Notes: generated by a model from the sequence alone, not told the origin. DNA of 64,000 nucleotides from an uncultured Planctomycetia bacterium (GCA_964642015.1 CAZXLF010000001.1:116846-180845); one strand, 5' to 3'. Numbered from the stretch's first letter, positions 1-11,027 are shown. A program made the numbers and translations.

Positions 1-213
1 TATTCCGCCAAGGCGCTGCGCGCCGCATGTCCCTGCGCCGCATGTGTGAATGAGCTGACCGGCCAGAAAATGATCGATATTAAAAATATTTCCGATAACA
101 TCCGCGCGGTTGCCGTGCAGCCCGTCGGCCGATACGCGCTTCATATCGTCTGGAGCGACCGGCATGCGACGGGGCTTTATGGTTTTGAGTTGTTGAGAAA
201 ATTAACTCCCTGA
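1..213 (+). CDS. DUF971 / GBBH-like N-terminal domain protein, 5' partial
   Basis: Frame 1 reads YSAKALRAACPCAAC...VQPVGRYALHIVWSDRHATGLYGFELLRKLTP*. The LRxxCPCAxC and VGxYA...WSDxHxTGxY motifs are typical of DUF971. Confidence 0.8.
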   Translation, partial: YSAKALRAACPCAACVNELTGQKMIDIKNISDNIRAVAVQPVGRYALHIVWSDRHATGLYGFELLRKLTP

Positions 214-215
214 CA

Positions 216-321
216 AAACTCTCCCTAGCCCTCTCTTTAAATAAAGAGAGGGGAAGTTCTTCAGTGTTGCGAACAATATACTTTTCCCCTCTTTATTTAA
301 AGAGGGGATTAAGGGGAGTTT
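216..321. repeat. Pair of inverted ~38-bp REP/MITE-like palindromic units
   Basis: 216-254 AAACTCTCCCTAGCCCTCTCTTTAAATAAAGAGAGGGGA closely matches the reverse complement of 285-321 (AAACTCCCCTTAATCCCCTCTTTAAATAAAGAGGGGA). Each unit is itself palindromic. Confidence 0.75.
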
Positions 322-331
322 AGACAAGAAA

Positions 332-718
332 ATGACAGTTGATCCCAGATTTAAAAAAGGCCTCGAGCTTTTCAATGAAGGCGAGTACTACGAATGCCAC
401 GAAGTCATCGAAAACCTGTGGCTCGAGACTCCATCCGAAGACCCTCACCGCGATCTATATAAAGGAGTGATACAGGCCGCCGCGGCGATCTATCAGTTCG
501 ACCGCGGGATCCTGACTGGAGCGATCGGCCTTTTTCAGACCTCGATCCAATACCTCGAACCTTATTCACCGAAATCGCTCGGCCTCGATGTCCAGCAGCT
601 TATTGAGGGGATGAAGGCCTGTTTCAATCCTCTGGAACGCTGGGACCGCAAGAAAGAGGTTGCTCTGGATGAGAAGCTGATCCCAAAGCTCTCTTACCAT
701 TTTGACGATAACCTTTGA
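332..718 (+). CDS. DUF309 domain protein
   Basis: GLELFNEGEYYECHEVIENLW...YKGVIQAAAA, the DUF309 signature. Confidence 0.85.
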   Translation: MTVDPRFKKGLELFNEGEYYECHEVIENLWLETPSEDPHRDLYKGVIQAAAAIYQFDRGILTGAIGLFQTSIQYLEPYSPKSLGLDVQQLIEGMKACFNPLERWDRKKEVALDEKLIPKLSYHFDDNL

Positions 719-750
719 CTTCTAAAAGGGTTATGTTAGAATAGCAAAAA

Positions 751-786
751 TTTGGAGGCGGGTCGTTTGAACCCCGCCCTTCCAAA
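751..786. repeat. Intergenic hairpin (REP-like or leader structure)
   Basis: TTTGGAGGCGGG-TCGTTTGAAC-CCCGCCCTTCCAAA, just downstream of a TTGACT-16-TAGAAT promoter-like sequence (715-742). Confidence 0.45.
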
Positions 787-830
787 ATGAGTTTTGCAGA
801 TAAGTAATTTGATACGGAAAGGAAGAGTGG

Positions 831-1370
831 GTGAATATTCAGGAGGCCTGGGAAAAAGCGCTCAAAACGACCGAGATCATCCGGCCGCGCGTGCAGCCGC
901 TTGAGACTTTTGAAGCGACGCTGTCGCCTTATATTTTTCTCTCCGAATCTCTGGTGAATCCCGGAGACACGGTGGTCCGCAGAGGCCAGATCCGTGTCGA
1001 GAGGCCGTCGATCATGCTGCCGTTCAACATGCCGCAGTTCGAGGGCTTTGAATTCGAGGAAGACCTTCAGATGAACGAGGATATCTTAAAAAGTTTCTTT
1101 CTGGTGCGCGGCGTTTCGTTCCCGTCGATGAAATACAACAACAAGACCGATTCGCTGGATATTTTTGAAGGGCGCATACCGAAAGCGCTCGAGCATTACG
1201 GAAATAGACTGCAGCGCGAAGAGGATGTGAACACGGGACTTATCACCGGCAGTGAAGATACCTGGCAATTTTCAGTGCTTGTATTTATTTGCGGCCAAGT
1301 CGCCAAATCGGCGGACGGGGATTTCAAAAAGCTGTTCGACGATTTCAAGCACCGCGGCAAACTGTCTTAA
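831..1370 (+). CDS. Hypothetical protein
   Basis: 179-aa ORF with GTG start after a purine-rich SD-like sequence; no family recognised. Confidence 0.7.
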   Translation: MNIQEAWEKALKTTEIIRPRVQPLETFEATLSPYIFLSESLVNPGDTVVRRGQIRVERPSIMLPFNMPQFEGFEFEEDLQMNEDILKSFFLVRGVSFPSMKYNNKTDSLDIFEGRIPKALEHYGNRLQREEDVNTGLITGSEDTWQFSVLVFICGQVAKSADGDFKKLFDDFKHRGKLS

Positions 1371-1373
1371 GAA

Positions 1374-1790
1374 CTACTCACCGATAATTTTGATTAAAAC
1401 CCTTTTATCCCGCTGTCCGTCGAATTCCGCGTAAAAGATCTGCTCCCAAGGTCCAAAATCCAATTTACCGCCGGTGATCGCGACGACGACTTCGCGTCCG
1501 AAGAGCTGGCGTTTCAAATGCGCGTCTCCGTTGTCTTCTCCGGTCTGGTGATGACGGTATTTTTTTACATCGTACGGCGCGATCTTTTCCAGAAATTCAT
1601 CAAAATCCTGAATTAAACCACGCTCATCGTCATTGATATAACAACTCGCCGTGATGTGCATTGGATTCACAAGCACTAGTCCTTCCTTGATGCCGGACTT
1701 GCGGATCGCCGCTTCGACTTGAGGCGTGATATTGAGATATTCGCGCTTGGTTTTGGTGTGGATGGTTAAAGTTTCGCGGTGAGATTTCAA
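1374..1790 (-). CDS. yjbQ: YjbQ/UPF0047 secondary thiamine-phosphate synthase family protein
   Basis: [22 protein letters not shown] and [18 protein letters not shown] motifs. Confidence 0.9.
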   Translation of the reverse strand: MKSHRETLTIHTKTKREYLNITPQVEAAIRKSGIKEGLVLVNPMHITASCYINDDERGLIQDFDEFLEKIAPYDVKKYRHHQTGEDNGDAHLKRQLFGREVVVAITGGKLDFGPWEQIFYAEFDGQRDKRVLIKIIGE

Positions 1791-1791
1791 T

Positions 1792-2511
1792 TTATGTGAA
1801 CTGTTCGAAATGGATCCGCTCTTTCGGAATATTCATCTCCAAAAGCGCCGCTTTCAGCTGCTGACACATTGGCACGAGTCCGCAGCCGTAAAAATCATTA
1901 CCTTCTGTTTTTCCTGAAAATTCCCGTTTGACGATCTCTTGCACATAAGCCGTTTCGCCTTTCCAGTTCGTACCGCGGCTGATGGTCGGGACGAAATGGA
2001 AATTGGGATATTTTTTGAGAAGTGCTTGCCACTCGTCATTATAGAGGATATCGGTTTCGTAGCGGTTGCCGAAGATGAGCCAGATATTTTTTGAAAAACC
2101 TTTTTCGTAAAGATTTTTGATCATGCCGCGCAAAGGTGCTATGCCGGTACCGGTCCCGACGAAGATCAAATTTTCCTGCCAGGGCTCACGTACCGTAAAA
2201 ACACCGTAGGGAAGACTTGTGTGGATCACGTTACCTTCTTTTAATCCAAAAAACCAAGTGGACACAAAACCGCCTTCGACGAGTTTAATGCAGAGCTCGA
2301 TCTGGTTTTTTTCTTTCGCCAGCGACGGCGAAGAGGCGATCGAGTAAGATTTTTTGTGCGGTTTACCTTCTTTTTCGAGATGCACCTGAAGGAATTGTCC
2401 CGCGATGAAGCTGGTATCCGCTTCTTTTGGGTAATCCAGCACGAAATGTTTTACAGTGCTCGACAACGAAATGATCTTTGAAAGCTTTGCGTCGTAGAAT
2501 CTTGCGGGCAT
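1792..2511 (-). CDS. FAD/NAD(P)-binding oxidoreductase (ferredoxin-NADP reductase superfamily)
   Basis: [28 protein letters not shown] and YGCG...FEQF motifs. Confidence 0.88.
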   Translation of the reverse strand: MPARFYDAKLSKIISLSSTVKHFVLDYPKEADTSFIAGQFLQVHLEKEGKPHKKSYSIASSPSLAKEKNQIELCIKLVEGGFVSTWFFGLKEGNVIHTSLPYGVFTVREPWQENLIFVGTGTGIAPLRGMIKNLYEKGFSKNIWLIFGNRYETDILYNDEWQALLKKYPNFHFVPTISRGTNWKGETAYVQEIVKREFSGKTEGNDFYGCGLVPMCQQLKAALLEMNIPKERIHFEQFT

Positions 2512-2543
2512 AAGTTTCCTCTGGTTAGCGCATTATACCTATA

Positions 2544-5500
2544 TCAGGCGTCATAGTTCAAATTCGGCGCAAGCCAGCGCTCGACGGTTTTTACATCCAT
2601 GCCTTTGCGTTTGGCATAATCGGCGACCTGGTCTTTTTCAATCTTGCCGACTGAGAAATATTTGGCCTGCGGATGCGCAAAGTAAAGCCCGCTCACGGCC
2701 GCGGCCGGATACATCGCGAAACTTTCGGTCAACGTGATCTTTGCGTAGCGCTCCACATGAAGCAGATCGAACAGGATCCGCTTCTCCGTGTGGTCAGGGC
2801 AGGCGGGATAACCTGGCGCGGGACGGATACCGCGATATTTCTCCCGGATCAGGTCTTCGTTGGTCAGCGCTTCGGTTTTCGCGTAGCCCCAGAATTCTTT
2901 GCGTACCCGTTCATGCAGTCTTTCGGCGAATGCCTCAGCGAGGCGGTCGGCCAGAGCTTTCACCATGATTGAATGGTAATCGTCGTGTTCTTTTTCAAAT
3001 TTGCGCACGAGCGGCTCGATATGGATGCCGGTCGTGACACCAAAAGCGCCCAGATAATCCTTGATGCCGGATTCTTTCGGCGCGACAAAATCGGCCAGCG
3101 CGAAATTAAAATCGTCTTCTCCTTTAAGTGTCTGCTGTCTCAATGTATGGAATACCGCGAGAAGTTTTTTTCTTGTCTCGTCGGTATATACTTCAATATC
3201 GTCGCCGACACTGTTGGCCGGAAAAAGGCCGAGAACGCCTTTGGCGGTCAGAAGTTTTTCATGCACGATCTTTTTTAGCAGTATTTGCGCGTCATCGAAT
3301 AATTTCTTGGCTGTTTCACCGACTTTTTTATCCTGAAAGATAGTCGGGTAGCGTCCGCGAAGTTCCCACGTGTGAAAGAAAGGGGACCAGTCGATCTTTT
3401 GCGCGAGCTCCTCAAGAGGGAATTCGTCGAACGGCTTGATCCCTGTCACAGAAGGCGTTGTGATCGATACGTTTTTCCAATCGCTTTTGAATTTATTTTT
3501 CCGCGCGTTCTCGATCGTGACGAAACGTGCCTGCGAACCGCGGCCTTTTTGTTCTTCGCGGATCTTTTCATATTCGATCTTTTTGGCTTGAACGATATCC
3601 TTTTTGAGGGACGGATTAATTAATTGGCCCGCGATGCCCACGCAGCGCGATGCATCAAGCACGTGGATTGCCGGTTGGCTGTAAGCGGGTGCGATCTTTA
3701 CGGCCGTATGTGCGACCGAAGTCGTGGCTCCGCCGATCAAAAGGGGAATAGTGAATTTTTCGCGTTCCATTTCTTTTGCGACGTGCACCATTTCATCAAG
3801 GCTGGGCGTAATGAGTCCGCTCAAGCCGATGAGATCGGCTTTTTTCTCGCGAGCCGTTTCCAATATTTTTTCGCAAGGCGTCATGACGCCGAGATCGATG
3901 ACTTCGTAGTTGTTACACCCAAGCACAACGCCGACGATATTTTTTCCGATGTCATGCACGTCGCCTTTGACGGTAGCCAGAACGATCCTGCCGGCCGAAT
4001 GAGAGCCGCTTTGTGCTTTTTCTTTTTCAATATAGGGAGTAAGCACCGACACGGCTTTTTTCATCACGCGTGCGCTTTTTACCACCTGAGGTAAGAACAT
4101 TTTTCCGGAGCCGAACAGGTCTCCGACGATGTTCATCGCGTCCATCAGCGGTCCTTCGATGACGGCAAGCGGCTTGGGATATTTTTGGCGTGCTTCTTCC
4201 ACGTCCTGTTCAATGTGATCAGTGATACCCTGGACAAGCGCGTGTGACAAACGCTCCTCCACTGTGCCTTTGCGCCATTTCTCATCTTTGACGACGGTTT
4301 TTTTGTCGTCTTTGACGCTTTCGGCAAATTTAAGCAGACGTTCGGTTGAGTCGGGCCTGCGGTTGAGCAACACGTCTTCGACAAGCTCCAGAAGATCTTT
4401 GGGAATTTCATCATAGATCGTGACAAGACCCGCGTTCACGATGCCCATATCGAGCCCGGCTTTGATCGCGTGATAAAGGAAAGCGGAGTGCATCGCCTCG
4501 CGTATCTTATTGATGCCGCGGAATGAAAATGAAATATTGCTGATGCCGCCGCTCACATGACAACGGGGAAGTGTCGCTTTGATCTGGCGTGTCGCTTCGA
4601 TGAACTCGACCGCGTAATTGTTATGTTCTTCCATTCCGGTCGCGACGGTGAGAATGTTCGGATCAAAGATAATATCTTCCGGAGGAAAATGGACTTCTTC
4701 AGTGAGTATCTTGTAAGCGCGTGTACAGATCTCGATCTTTCTTTTGGCGGTGTCAGCCTGTCCCGTCTCGTCAAAGGCCATCACGACTGCCGCGGCGCCG
4801 TATTGTCTGATCTTTCTGGCCCGCTCTTTGAAAACCGTTTCACCTTCTTTCAGGCTGATGGAATTGACAATGCTCTTTCCTTGAGTGCATTTTAATCCCG
4901 CTTCGATCACGGACCATTTAGAAGAATCGATCATGATCGGTACCCGGGCGATGTTCGGTTCGGAGGCGATCAGATGCAGGAACTTGGTCATTGCGGCTTC
5001 GGAATCCAAAAGTCCCTCATCAAGATTGACGTCGATGATCTGCGCGCCGGCATCGACTTGCTGTTTGGCGATCGCGAGAGCGCCTTCGTAATCCTCCGAG
5101 AGGATCAGCTTTGAAAATTTCGGAGAGCCGGTGATATTCGTGCGTTCGCCGATGTTGATGAAATTTGAATTCGGACGGATCGTCAAAGGTTCTAGCCCGC
5201 TCAAGCGTGTGTAAGATTCTGGCGTTGCCAGTTTTCTCGGCGTTTTACCTTTTGCGATCTCGGCGATCTTTTTGATATGCGGCGGAGTCGTGCCGCAGCA
5301 TCCGCCGATGATGTTGATGAATCCGCTTTTGATGAAATCTTCGATGAACGCGCCCATGCTGTCTGGTGTTTGATCATATTCGCCGAATTGATTCGGAAGC
5401 CCCGCGTTCGGATAGGCGATGATCGGCACCGAAGCAATGTTCGAGAGTTCTTCAAGGTAAGGACGAAGTTCTTTGGCGCCAAGCGCACAATTCAAACCTA

Positions 5501-6218
5501 CCGCTAGAAGATCGGCATGACGAATGGAATTCCAGAATGCCTCAACGGTTTGTCCGGAAAGCGTTCGGCCACTGGCATCGGTGATCGTGCCGGAAACCAT
5601 CACGGGAATTTTTTTCCCGATCTTTTTAAAATATTCCTGAATGCCGAATAAAGCGGCTTTGCAGTTCAACGTGTCAAAGACCGTTTCGACAAGCAAAAGA
5701 TCAACACCGCCGTCGATCAGGCCGCGCGCTTGTTCGATATAAGCTTCCACTAGTTCATCAAATGTGACCGCGCGAAATCCGGGATCATTCACATTGGGCG
5801 AAAGCGAAGAGGTGCGGTTCGTCGGACCCATCGCTCCGGCGACGAAACGCGGCTTCGACGGATCTTTTTTTGTGAATTCTTCGGCCGCTTTCTTGGCGAT
5901 ATTTGCGGAGGCCAAATTCAGCGCATAAACCTGATCTTCAAGATGGTAGTCGGCCATCGCGATGCGCGTGGAGCTGAATGTATTGGTCTCGATGATGTCC
6001 GCTCCGGCCTCGAGGTATTTTTTATGGATCTCTTCGATGATCGTTGGCTGAGTAATGGACAAAAGATCATTATTGCCTTTGAGGTTTCCCTTGGAATGAT
6101 CTTTAAATTCCTTTCCGCGGTAACCGGCTTCATCCAGGCGATAACCCTGGATCATCGTGCCCATCGCGCCGTCAATAATGAGAATACGTTTTTGAAGTTC
6201 TTTTGCTAAGTCATTCAT
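2544..6218 (-). CDS. metH: Cobalamin-dependent methionine synthase
   Basis: [23 protein letters not shown]12 motif [10 protein letters not shown] and activation domain [14 protein letters not shown]. Confidence 0.98.
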   Translation of the reverse strand: MNDLAKELQKRILIIDGAMGTMIQGYRLDEAGYRGKEFKDHSKGNLKGNNDLLSITQPTIIEEIHKKYLEAGADIIETNTFSSTRIAMADYHLEDQVYALNLASANIAKKAAEEFTKKDPSKPRFVAGAMGPTNRTSSLSPNVNDPGFRAVTFDELVEAYIEQARGLIDGGVDLLLVETVFDTLNCKAALFGIQEYFKKIGKKIPVMVSGTITDASGRTLSGQTVEAFWNSIRHADLLAVGLNCALGAKELRPYLEELSNIASVPIIAYPNAGLPNQFGEYDQTPDSMGAFIEDFIKSGFINIIGGCCGTTPPHIKKIAEIAKGKTPRKLATPESYTRLSGLEPLTIRPNSNFINIGERTNITGSPKFSKLILSEDYEGALAIAKQQVDAGAQIIDVNLDEGLLDSEAAMTKFLHLIASEPNIARVPIMIDSSKWSVIEAGLKCTQGKSIVNSISLKEGETVFKERARKIRQYGAAAVVMAFDETGQADTAKRKIEICTRAYKILTEEVHFPPEDIIFDPNILTVATGMEEHNNYAVEFIEATRQIKATLPRCHVSGGISNISFSFRGINKIREAMHSAFLYHAIKAGLDMGIVNAGLVTIYDEIPKDLLELVEDVLLNRRPDSTERLLKFAESVKDDKKTVVKDEKWRKGTVEERLSHALVQGITDHIEQDVEEARQKYPKPLAVIEGPLMDAMNIVGDLFGSGKMFLPQVVKSARVMKKAVSVLTPYIEKEKAQSGSHSAGRIVLATVKGDVHDIGKNIVGVVLGCNNYEVIDLGVMTPCEKILETAREKKADLIGLSGLITPSLDEMVHVAKEMEREKFTIPLLIGGATTSVAHTAVKIAPAYSQPAIHVLDASRCVGIAGQLINPSLKKDIVQAKKIEYEKIREEQKGRGSQARFVTIENARKNKFKSDWKNVSITTPSVTGIKPFDEFPLEELAQKIDWSPFFHTWELRGRYPTIFQDKKVGETAKKLFDDAQILLKKIVHEKLLTAKGVLGLFPANSVGDDIEVYTDETRKKLLAVFHTLRQQTLKGEDDFNFALADFVAPKESGIKDYLGAFGVTTGIHIEPLVRKFEKEHDDYHSIMVKALADRLAEAFAERLHERVRKEFWGYAKTEALTNEDLIREKYRGIRPAPGYPACPDHTEKRILFDLLHVERYAKITLTESFAMYPAAAVSGLYFAHPQAKYFSVGKIEKDQVADYAKRKGMDVKTVERWLAPNLNYDA

Positions 6219-6299
6219 AGTGTTGGATATTCTAGCAGAGGTGAAAGAGGATTATCCAATAATTGTTTGTTCGGATCAGAGGAGGTGAAAAACGGCTGA

Positions 6300-6338
6300 A
6301 AAACCAAAACCTCTCCGAAAAATCGGAGAGGTTCGGTT
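6300..6338 (-). terminator. Rho-independent terminator after tpx
   Basis: 11-bp stem AACCTCTCCGA/TCGGAGAGGTT followed by a T-rich run on the minus strand. Confidence 0.75.
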
Positions 6339-6361
6339 AAGGCAGATTTATATTTAGTTAA

Positions 6362-6877
6362 TTAAGAAACACCAACGGCAGTTTTTACTTTATCAAGCGC
6401 TGCTTTGTAATCGGGCTCCTGAGTGACTTCCTTGACGATCTCGAAATGAGTGACTTTTCCATTGGCGCCAACGACGATCACTGCTCTGGAAATAAGCCCT
6501 AATTCCTTGATCAAAAGGCCGTATTTGTTCGCGAAATCTTTATCCTTATAATCGGAAAGAACTGTGACGTTCTGGATCTTGAACGCATCGCAGAAACGCT
6601 TTTGAGCGAACGGAAGATCAAGGCTGACGGTAAGAACTTTTACACTCAGCCCGGCTGTTTCCTGATTGAATTTTTTGGTTTGGATCTCGCAGACGGGCGT
6701 GTCGAGTGACGGAACCGCGCTGATGATCACGGTCTGGCCTTTGAAATTCGAAAGCTTGACCGGCTGCAACCCTGAATCAACAGCTGTAAAATCAGGTGCG
6801 ATATCGCCAACTTTGACTTCGTTGCCGACAAGTGTGAGAGGGTTTCCTTTAAAAGTGATGATATTCTTGCGTTCCAT
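6362..6877 (-). CDS. tpx: Thiol peroxidase (atypical 2-Cys peroxiredoxin)
   Basis: VPSLDTPVC and SLDLPFAQKRFC; GGAGA SD. Confidence 0.95.
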   Translation of the reverse strand: MERKNIITFKGNPLTLVGNEVKVGDIAPDFTAVDSGLQPVKLSNFKGQTVIISAVPSLDTPVCEIQTKKFNQETAGLSVKVLTVSLDLPFAQKRFCDAFKIQNVTVLSDYKDKDFANKYGLLIKELGLISRAVIVVGANGKVTHFEIVKEVTQEPDYKAALDKVKTAVGVS

Positions 6878-7013
6878 AAGATGTCTCCTTGATTAGATAG
6901 GCGCTTATCTTACCATAAAACCGGGACAGCGACCATGCAAAATGAGGAGAATGTTTGATATCGGCGAATTTTAAGATACAATGAACATATCATCTAATTA
7001 GACGAGGTGACTT

Positions 7014-7817
7014 ATGAAAAATATCCGTCGTACGTTCGTATTATCCGCTTTTATTTTATTGATCTCGAGTTTTGCATTTTTGCGAGTTTTGTTCGCGGTC
7101 GATCAGAAATTAGTCGACCGGCTGGACAATTCCTCGGCAGTTTTCACAAGCTTGATGGAAATGGGCGATCAAAGCATTCCGCAGGACCTTCTCAAAAACT
7201 GCGAAGCGGTCGCTATTTTTCCGAGGACACTGAATCTGGCGTGGGGTTTGGGCGGGGAATATGGCAGAGGAGTCGTGTTGCGCCATGACAAAGCCAAACA
7301 CGATTGGAGCGCGCCGGTGTTTTATACAATCGGCGGCGTGACATTGGGGCCTCAGATCGGAGGACAAGCGGTCGATATCGTGCTTTTGGTCATGAATGAC
7401 AAAGGCTTGAAGAGTCTCCTGAGCAGCAAGACGACGCTTGGAGGTGACGCAGGGATCGCTTTGGGTCCTGTGGGCCGCAACGCGACGGCGTCGACGGACT
7501 TAGGTCTTAAAGCGGAAATATATTCGTACTCAAAAGCCAAGGGACTTTATATTGGTCTGTCGCTTAAAGGCGCGGTCGTCGCTCCCGATAATACGGCGAC
7601 AATGAGTTTTTACGGGACAAGCTATACCGCCAAAGATATCCTCATCGACGGAAAGGCCGGCCACAATCAGTACACATCAAAGCTTTTGAATGAACTGAGA
7701 AAGTACACACCCGGTAGAATGCCCATTTCGCTGATGATGACTATTTGGGTGGTCGTGCTTGTTGTTGGGATCTTTTTGATTGGCTGTTATTTCTTGAATT
7801 TCAGGAAAACAGCTTGA
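7014..7817 (+). CDS. SYLF/Ysc84 lipid-binding domain protein with signal peptide and C-terminal TM helix
   Basis: WSAPVFYTIGGVTLGPQIGGQAVDIVL, AEIYSYSKAKGLYIGLSLKG and a hydrophobic C-terminus. Confidence 0.85.
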   Translation: MKNIRRTFVLSAFILLISSFAFLRVLFAVDQKLVDRLDNSSAVFTSLMEMGDQSIPQDLLKNCEAVAIFPRTLNLAWGLGGEYGRGVVLRHDKAKHDWSAPVFYTIGGVTLGPQIGGQAVDIVLLVMNDKGLKSLLSSKTTLGGDAGIALGPVGRNATASTDLGLKAEIYSYSKAKGLYIGLSLKGAVVAPDNTATMSFYGTSYTAKDILIDGKAGHNQYTSKLLNELRKYTPGRMPISLMMTIWVVVLVVGIFLIGCYFLNFRKTA

Positions 7818-9001
7818 ACGTAAAATTTTCTCAGAGAACAGATTGGTTAACCACGACCAATCCTTTAACGCAAGGGATTGAGGATAAAAGGGAAGAGGGC
7901 GCTTCCCTGATCGATCTCACTGAATCCAATCCTACACGATGCGCTTTCAGTTTTTCGGATGAAAGCCGGCTTAAATCTTTTCAAGACATCCGCAATCTAT
8001 CCTATGAACCCGATGCGCGGGGTTTGCTCGAAGCAAGAAAAGCGGTGTGTGCTTATTACGCCGAGAAAAAAATAAATGTCCGTCCCGAACAGGTTTTTCT
8101 CACCTCCAGCACAAGTGAGGCATACAGTTTTATTTTTCGGCTGCTGTGCGATCCACGGGACCTTGTCGTTATCCCGAGGCCGAGCTACCCGCTTCTGGAC
8201 TATCTGACGGCTCTGGCTGATGTCGACACGCTGCGCTATTTTCTGTCTTATGAAAAAGATTCATGGTGCATTTCGCCGGATAGTCTCAAGATCCCTTTCA
8301 TTGAAAAGCCGAAGGCACTTGTCATCGTCAATCCCAATAATCCAACCGGGAATTTTTTGAAGTCGGATGAACTAGAGCCGATAAACGAGATGTGCCAGAA
8401 GTCGGGAACCGCGATCATTTCGGATGAAGTGTTCCTGGACTTTGCGTTTGACACAAAATCCGCCAAACCCATGAGTTTGGCTCAGAACAAGGAGACACTG
8501 ACATTCACTTTAAGCGGTATCTCAAAGATCCTCGCGATGCCTCAGATGAAAATTTCATGGATCGTGGTCAGTGGACCTGAAGAACTAAAAAGAAAAGCAT
8601 TCGAAAGACTCGAAATTATCACGGACACCTATCTCTCAGTCAATACTCCATCTCAGCACGCGCTGAGCCGTTGGCTTGAAGAGCGGCGGGAGGTCAGAGA
8701 AGAAATGAAAGACCGGATGCTGTCTAACCGCGAATATCTAGAGACAATATTCAAGAATAAAACCAATGTCCGGATCTTGACTGGCGAGGGAGGTTGGTAT
8801 TCGGTGTTTGAATTGGATTCTAAGAAAAGCGATGAAGATGCGGCGCTTTATCTGCTTGAAAAACAGGGCATCATTGTTTATCCGGGTTATTTCTTTGATT
8901 TTGCGGAAGGCAATTTTCTTGTGTTAAGCTTGCTTTTGCCTGAAAAGGTATTTCGCGAAGGGGCAGACCGTTTATTGAAAGGCCTTGAAAAAATAATTTA
9001 G
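7814..9001 (+). CDS. PLP-dependent aminotransferase class I/II
   Basis: DLTESNPT, VNPNNPTG, IISDEVF and SGISK. The TTG start at 7814 overlaps the upstream stop and is chosen over 7745. Confidence 0.88.
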   Translation: MNVKFSQRTDWLTTTNPLTQGIEDKREEGASLIDLTESNPTRCAFSFSDESRLKSFQDIRNLSYEPDARGLLEARKAVCAYYAEKKINVRPEQVFLTSSTSEAYSFIFRLLCDPRDLVVIPRPSYPLLDYLTALADVDTLRYFLSYEKDSWCISPDSLKIPFIEKPKALVIVNPNNPTGNFLKSDELEPINEMCQKSGTAIISDEVFLDFAFDTKSAKPMSLAQNKETLTFTLSGISKILAMPQMKISWIVVSGPEELKRKAFERLEIITDTYLSVNTPSQHALSRWLEERREVREEMKDRMLSNREYLETIFKNKTNVRILTGEGGWYSVFELDSKKSDEDAALYLLEKQGIIVYPGYFFDFAEGNFLVLSLLLPEKVFREGADRLLKGLEKII

Positions 9002-9435
9002 GCCAAAGAAGGGAACTTCGCCGCGTATTTTTTGATCCATTCGCTGGCAGCTTCTTCTTCGGCGATCTCCCGTCCAAGCCGTCGCGATAAAACCTTCCGG
9101 TATTCCAGCATCTCGAGCATTTCTTCGGCGAGCCGGGCCATGAACGCGCTTGGATAATCTGTGAAACACACTCCGGTCCGGAATTTTCCTGTCTTCGGAT
9201 CTTCTTTTGCGTAGGCAACCTGCGATCTCATTTCGAATCGTTTATTTTTTACAGCGATATTGATGTCAATAAGAGAACCTCTGACTAGTTTCCTATGCCA
9301 CAGAAAAGAAAGGCCTCCCAAAGAGACGTCAAGCGATTTAGTGGAGCCCTGCTCACCGGATTCGTTCAGCATGATCGGCACGCTCATAGGATGTCTGTAA
9401 AAGCGTCTTTTCTCTTTTTTATTGTAATTAGACAT
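8998..9435 (-). CDS. PilZ domain protein
   Basis: EKRRFYR (RxxxR) and DVSLGG (DxSxxG) c-di-GMP motifs. The start at 9435 lies 6 nt after TGG-TATAAT. Confidence 0.85.
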   Translation of the reverse strand: MSNYNKKEKRRFYRHPMSVPIMLNESGEQGSTKSLDVSLGGLSFLWHRKLVRGSLIDINIAVKNKRFEMRSQVAYAKEDPKTGKFRTGVCFTDYPSAFMARLAEEMLEMLEYRKVLSRRLGREIAEEEAASEWIKKYAAKFPSLA

Positions 9436-9580
9436 GAGTAAATTATACCAATTTTGGGAAAGCTTGGTGACTTTTTTTCTGATCTTAGTATTAAAATTTA
9501 TTAGTGACAAGAATATTCATAAGGAGTATATTTTAACTGTTTAACTCAATAGAACAAAGCCATATCCTTGGGAGGGATCA

Positions 9581-10330
9581 ATGGCCGTTTGCGGATCGTG
9601 CCATGGCAAGGGCGTGCAAGCCCAAAAAAGCGCTCTCAGCATACCTCACGTATGCGACCGATGCCACGGTACAGGAAAATTAAAACTTACCGTTGTCGAC
9701 CTGCTTCCCCAAGATCACGCCTGCTTTCTTTACGATGATCCAAAGTTTCAACTCGATACTGCAGTTACATTTTTGATAGAGGGCCTCAAGCAAAGAGAGT
9801 GCTGTTTTTATACGGCTGACGAGCATAGTATCGAAGATATAAAAGAGGCCCTGGCCAGAAATGGGATCAATGTTAAAAAACAGATCAATGATCGAGCGCT
9901 CAATCTTCTGACAAAAAAAGAGACTTATCTGGCTAACGGATACTTTGACGCTTCGGAGATGCTAAATTTTGCGAAAGATGCCGTCAAAGCAGCGACACGC
10001 GCGGGATTCCTCGCGTTCCGCGGCGCCGGTGAGATGACCTGGGCTTTGGGGGAGGAAACGGGCTGTGATCAGGTGATCCCGTATGAATTTTTGATGGACG
10101 AATATTTTCACAATGTGAAGCCCGACATTACAGCGCTATGCCAATACAATATCAAGCGTTTTTCTTCGGGCGTTGTCCAGGGCGCGATCCACACGCACAA
10201 GATCGTGGTATTGCCGGACGGCCAAGTGGTGGCCAATCCTTACTATCAGGATGATTTTCATAAAGTCCGTGACCGGGCTCATCTGGAAATAATGATGAAC
10301 CGTTTGAAGGACCTCGTTTTAAAAAATTAG
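9581..10330 (+). CDS. MEDS sensory domain protein with N-terminal CxxCxGxG zinc finger
   Basis: CGSCHGKG...CDRCHGTG, then HACFLY, FLIEGL, GEMTWAL, ALCQY and HTH residues of MEDS; GGAGG SD. Confidence 0.8.
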   Translation: MAVCGSCHGKGVQAQKSALSIPHVCDRCHGTGKLKLTVVDLLPQDHACFLYDDPKFQLDTAVTFLIEGLKQRECCFYTADEHSIEDIKEALARNGINVKKQINDRALNLLTKKETYLANGYFDASEMLNFAKDAVKAATRAGFLAFRGAGEMTWALGEETGCDQVIPYEFLMDEYFHNVKPDITALCQYNIKRFSSGVVQGAIHTHKIVVLPDGQVVANPYYQDDFHKVRDRAHLEIMMNRLKDLVLKN

Positions 10331-10391
10331 CGAAAGTTTTTCTTAAAAGCCGTTTCTAAGATTCGCTATCCCGTCTTTTTTATGTTAGCAT

Positions 10392-11027
10392 ATGGCCGTT
10401 ATGATCTTCGGTGCATTCTTTGCTATCATTTTATTATTGTTTTTTTTCGTCGCGGGTTTTTTCGTCCTTGCTGTTTTTCCGGTCTGGATGCTGATCGAAT
10501 GTTTCCGCTCGCGCATACTCCCGCAGGCTATTAAACTTCTATGGGTCGTCAGCATTGTGATGGCCTGGCCTTTCGGGAGCCTGGCCTACGCTTCATTTGC
10601 TTCACATAAAAGATCGTTGGCCCGCATTTCCAATACGGTCATCATTCTTTTGATCATCAGTAGCGTTGTTTTTAGCGGAGGCATTTTTTATTTTAGGAGC
10701 GCACTCTTGCCTCAGGCGGTGGACCGGTATCAAAAGATGGAATTGAGCGGAGCCACGAAAGAGCAACAGGAGCTGATCAAAGCGGACCTTGTTGTGCTGA
10801 AGAACGAAATGCAGGCCAATTCATTTTTTTCGGTAAAATCGCTGGCTGCGCTCCAGCTTTTTGAGCTTTTTCAGTCTCTGATCATCCGTTCAAAGGTTTC
10901 TCCGGCGGAATGGGGCGATTGGACCCATCAGGTTGAGTTGAGGACATCAGTCCAAGACAAGTCGATTGCCGAATATATGAATTTATTGAGAGAAAAAACC
11001 ATCCAAAACATCCTAAAAACGTCCTAG
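10392..11027 (+). CDS. Membrane protein with PLDc_N-like helical hairpin
   Basis: WMLIECFRS...KLLWVVSIVMAWPFGSLAY and three hydrophobic segments. Confidence 0.6.
   Translation: MAVMIFGAFFAIILLLFFFVAGFFVLAVFPVWMLIECFRSRILPQAIKLLWVVSIVMAWPFGSLAYASFASHKRSLARISNTVIILLIISSVVFSGGIFYFRSALLPQAVDRYQKMELSGATKEQQELIKADLVVLKNEMQANSFFSVKSLAALQLFELFQSLIIRSKVSPAEWGDWTHQVELRTSVQDKSIAEYMNLLREKTIQNILKTS

Noticed and set aside
6219-6300. Possible SAM or cobalamin riboswitch upstream of metH
   Set aside because: No S-box or B12-box is visible, and a -10 element sits only 10 nt before the ATG, leaving no room for an aptamer.
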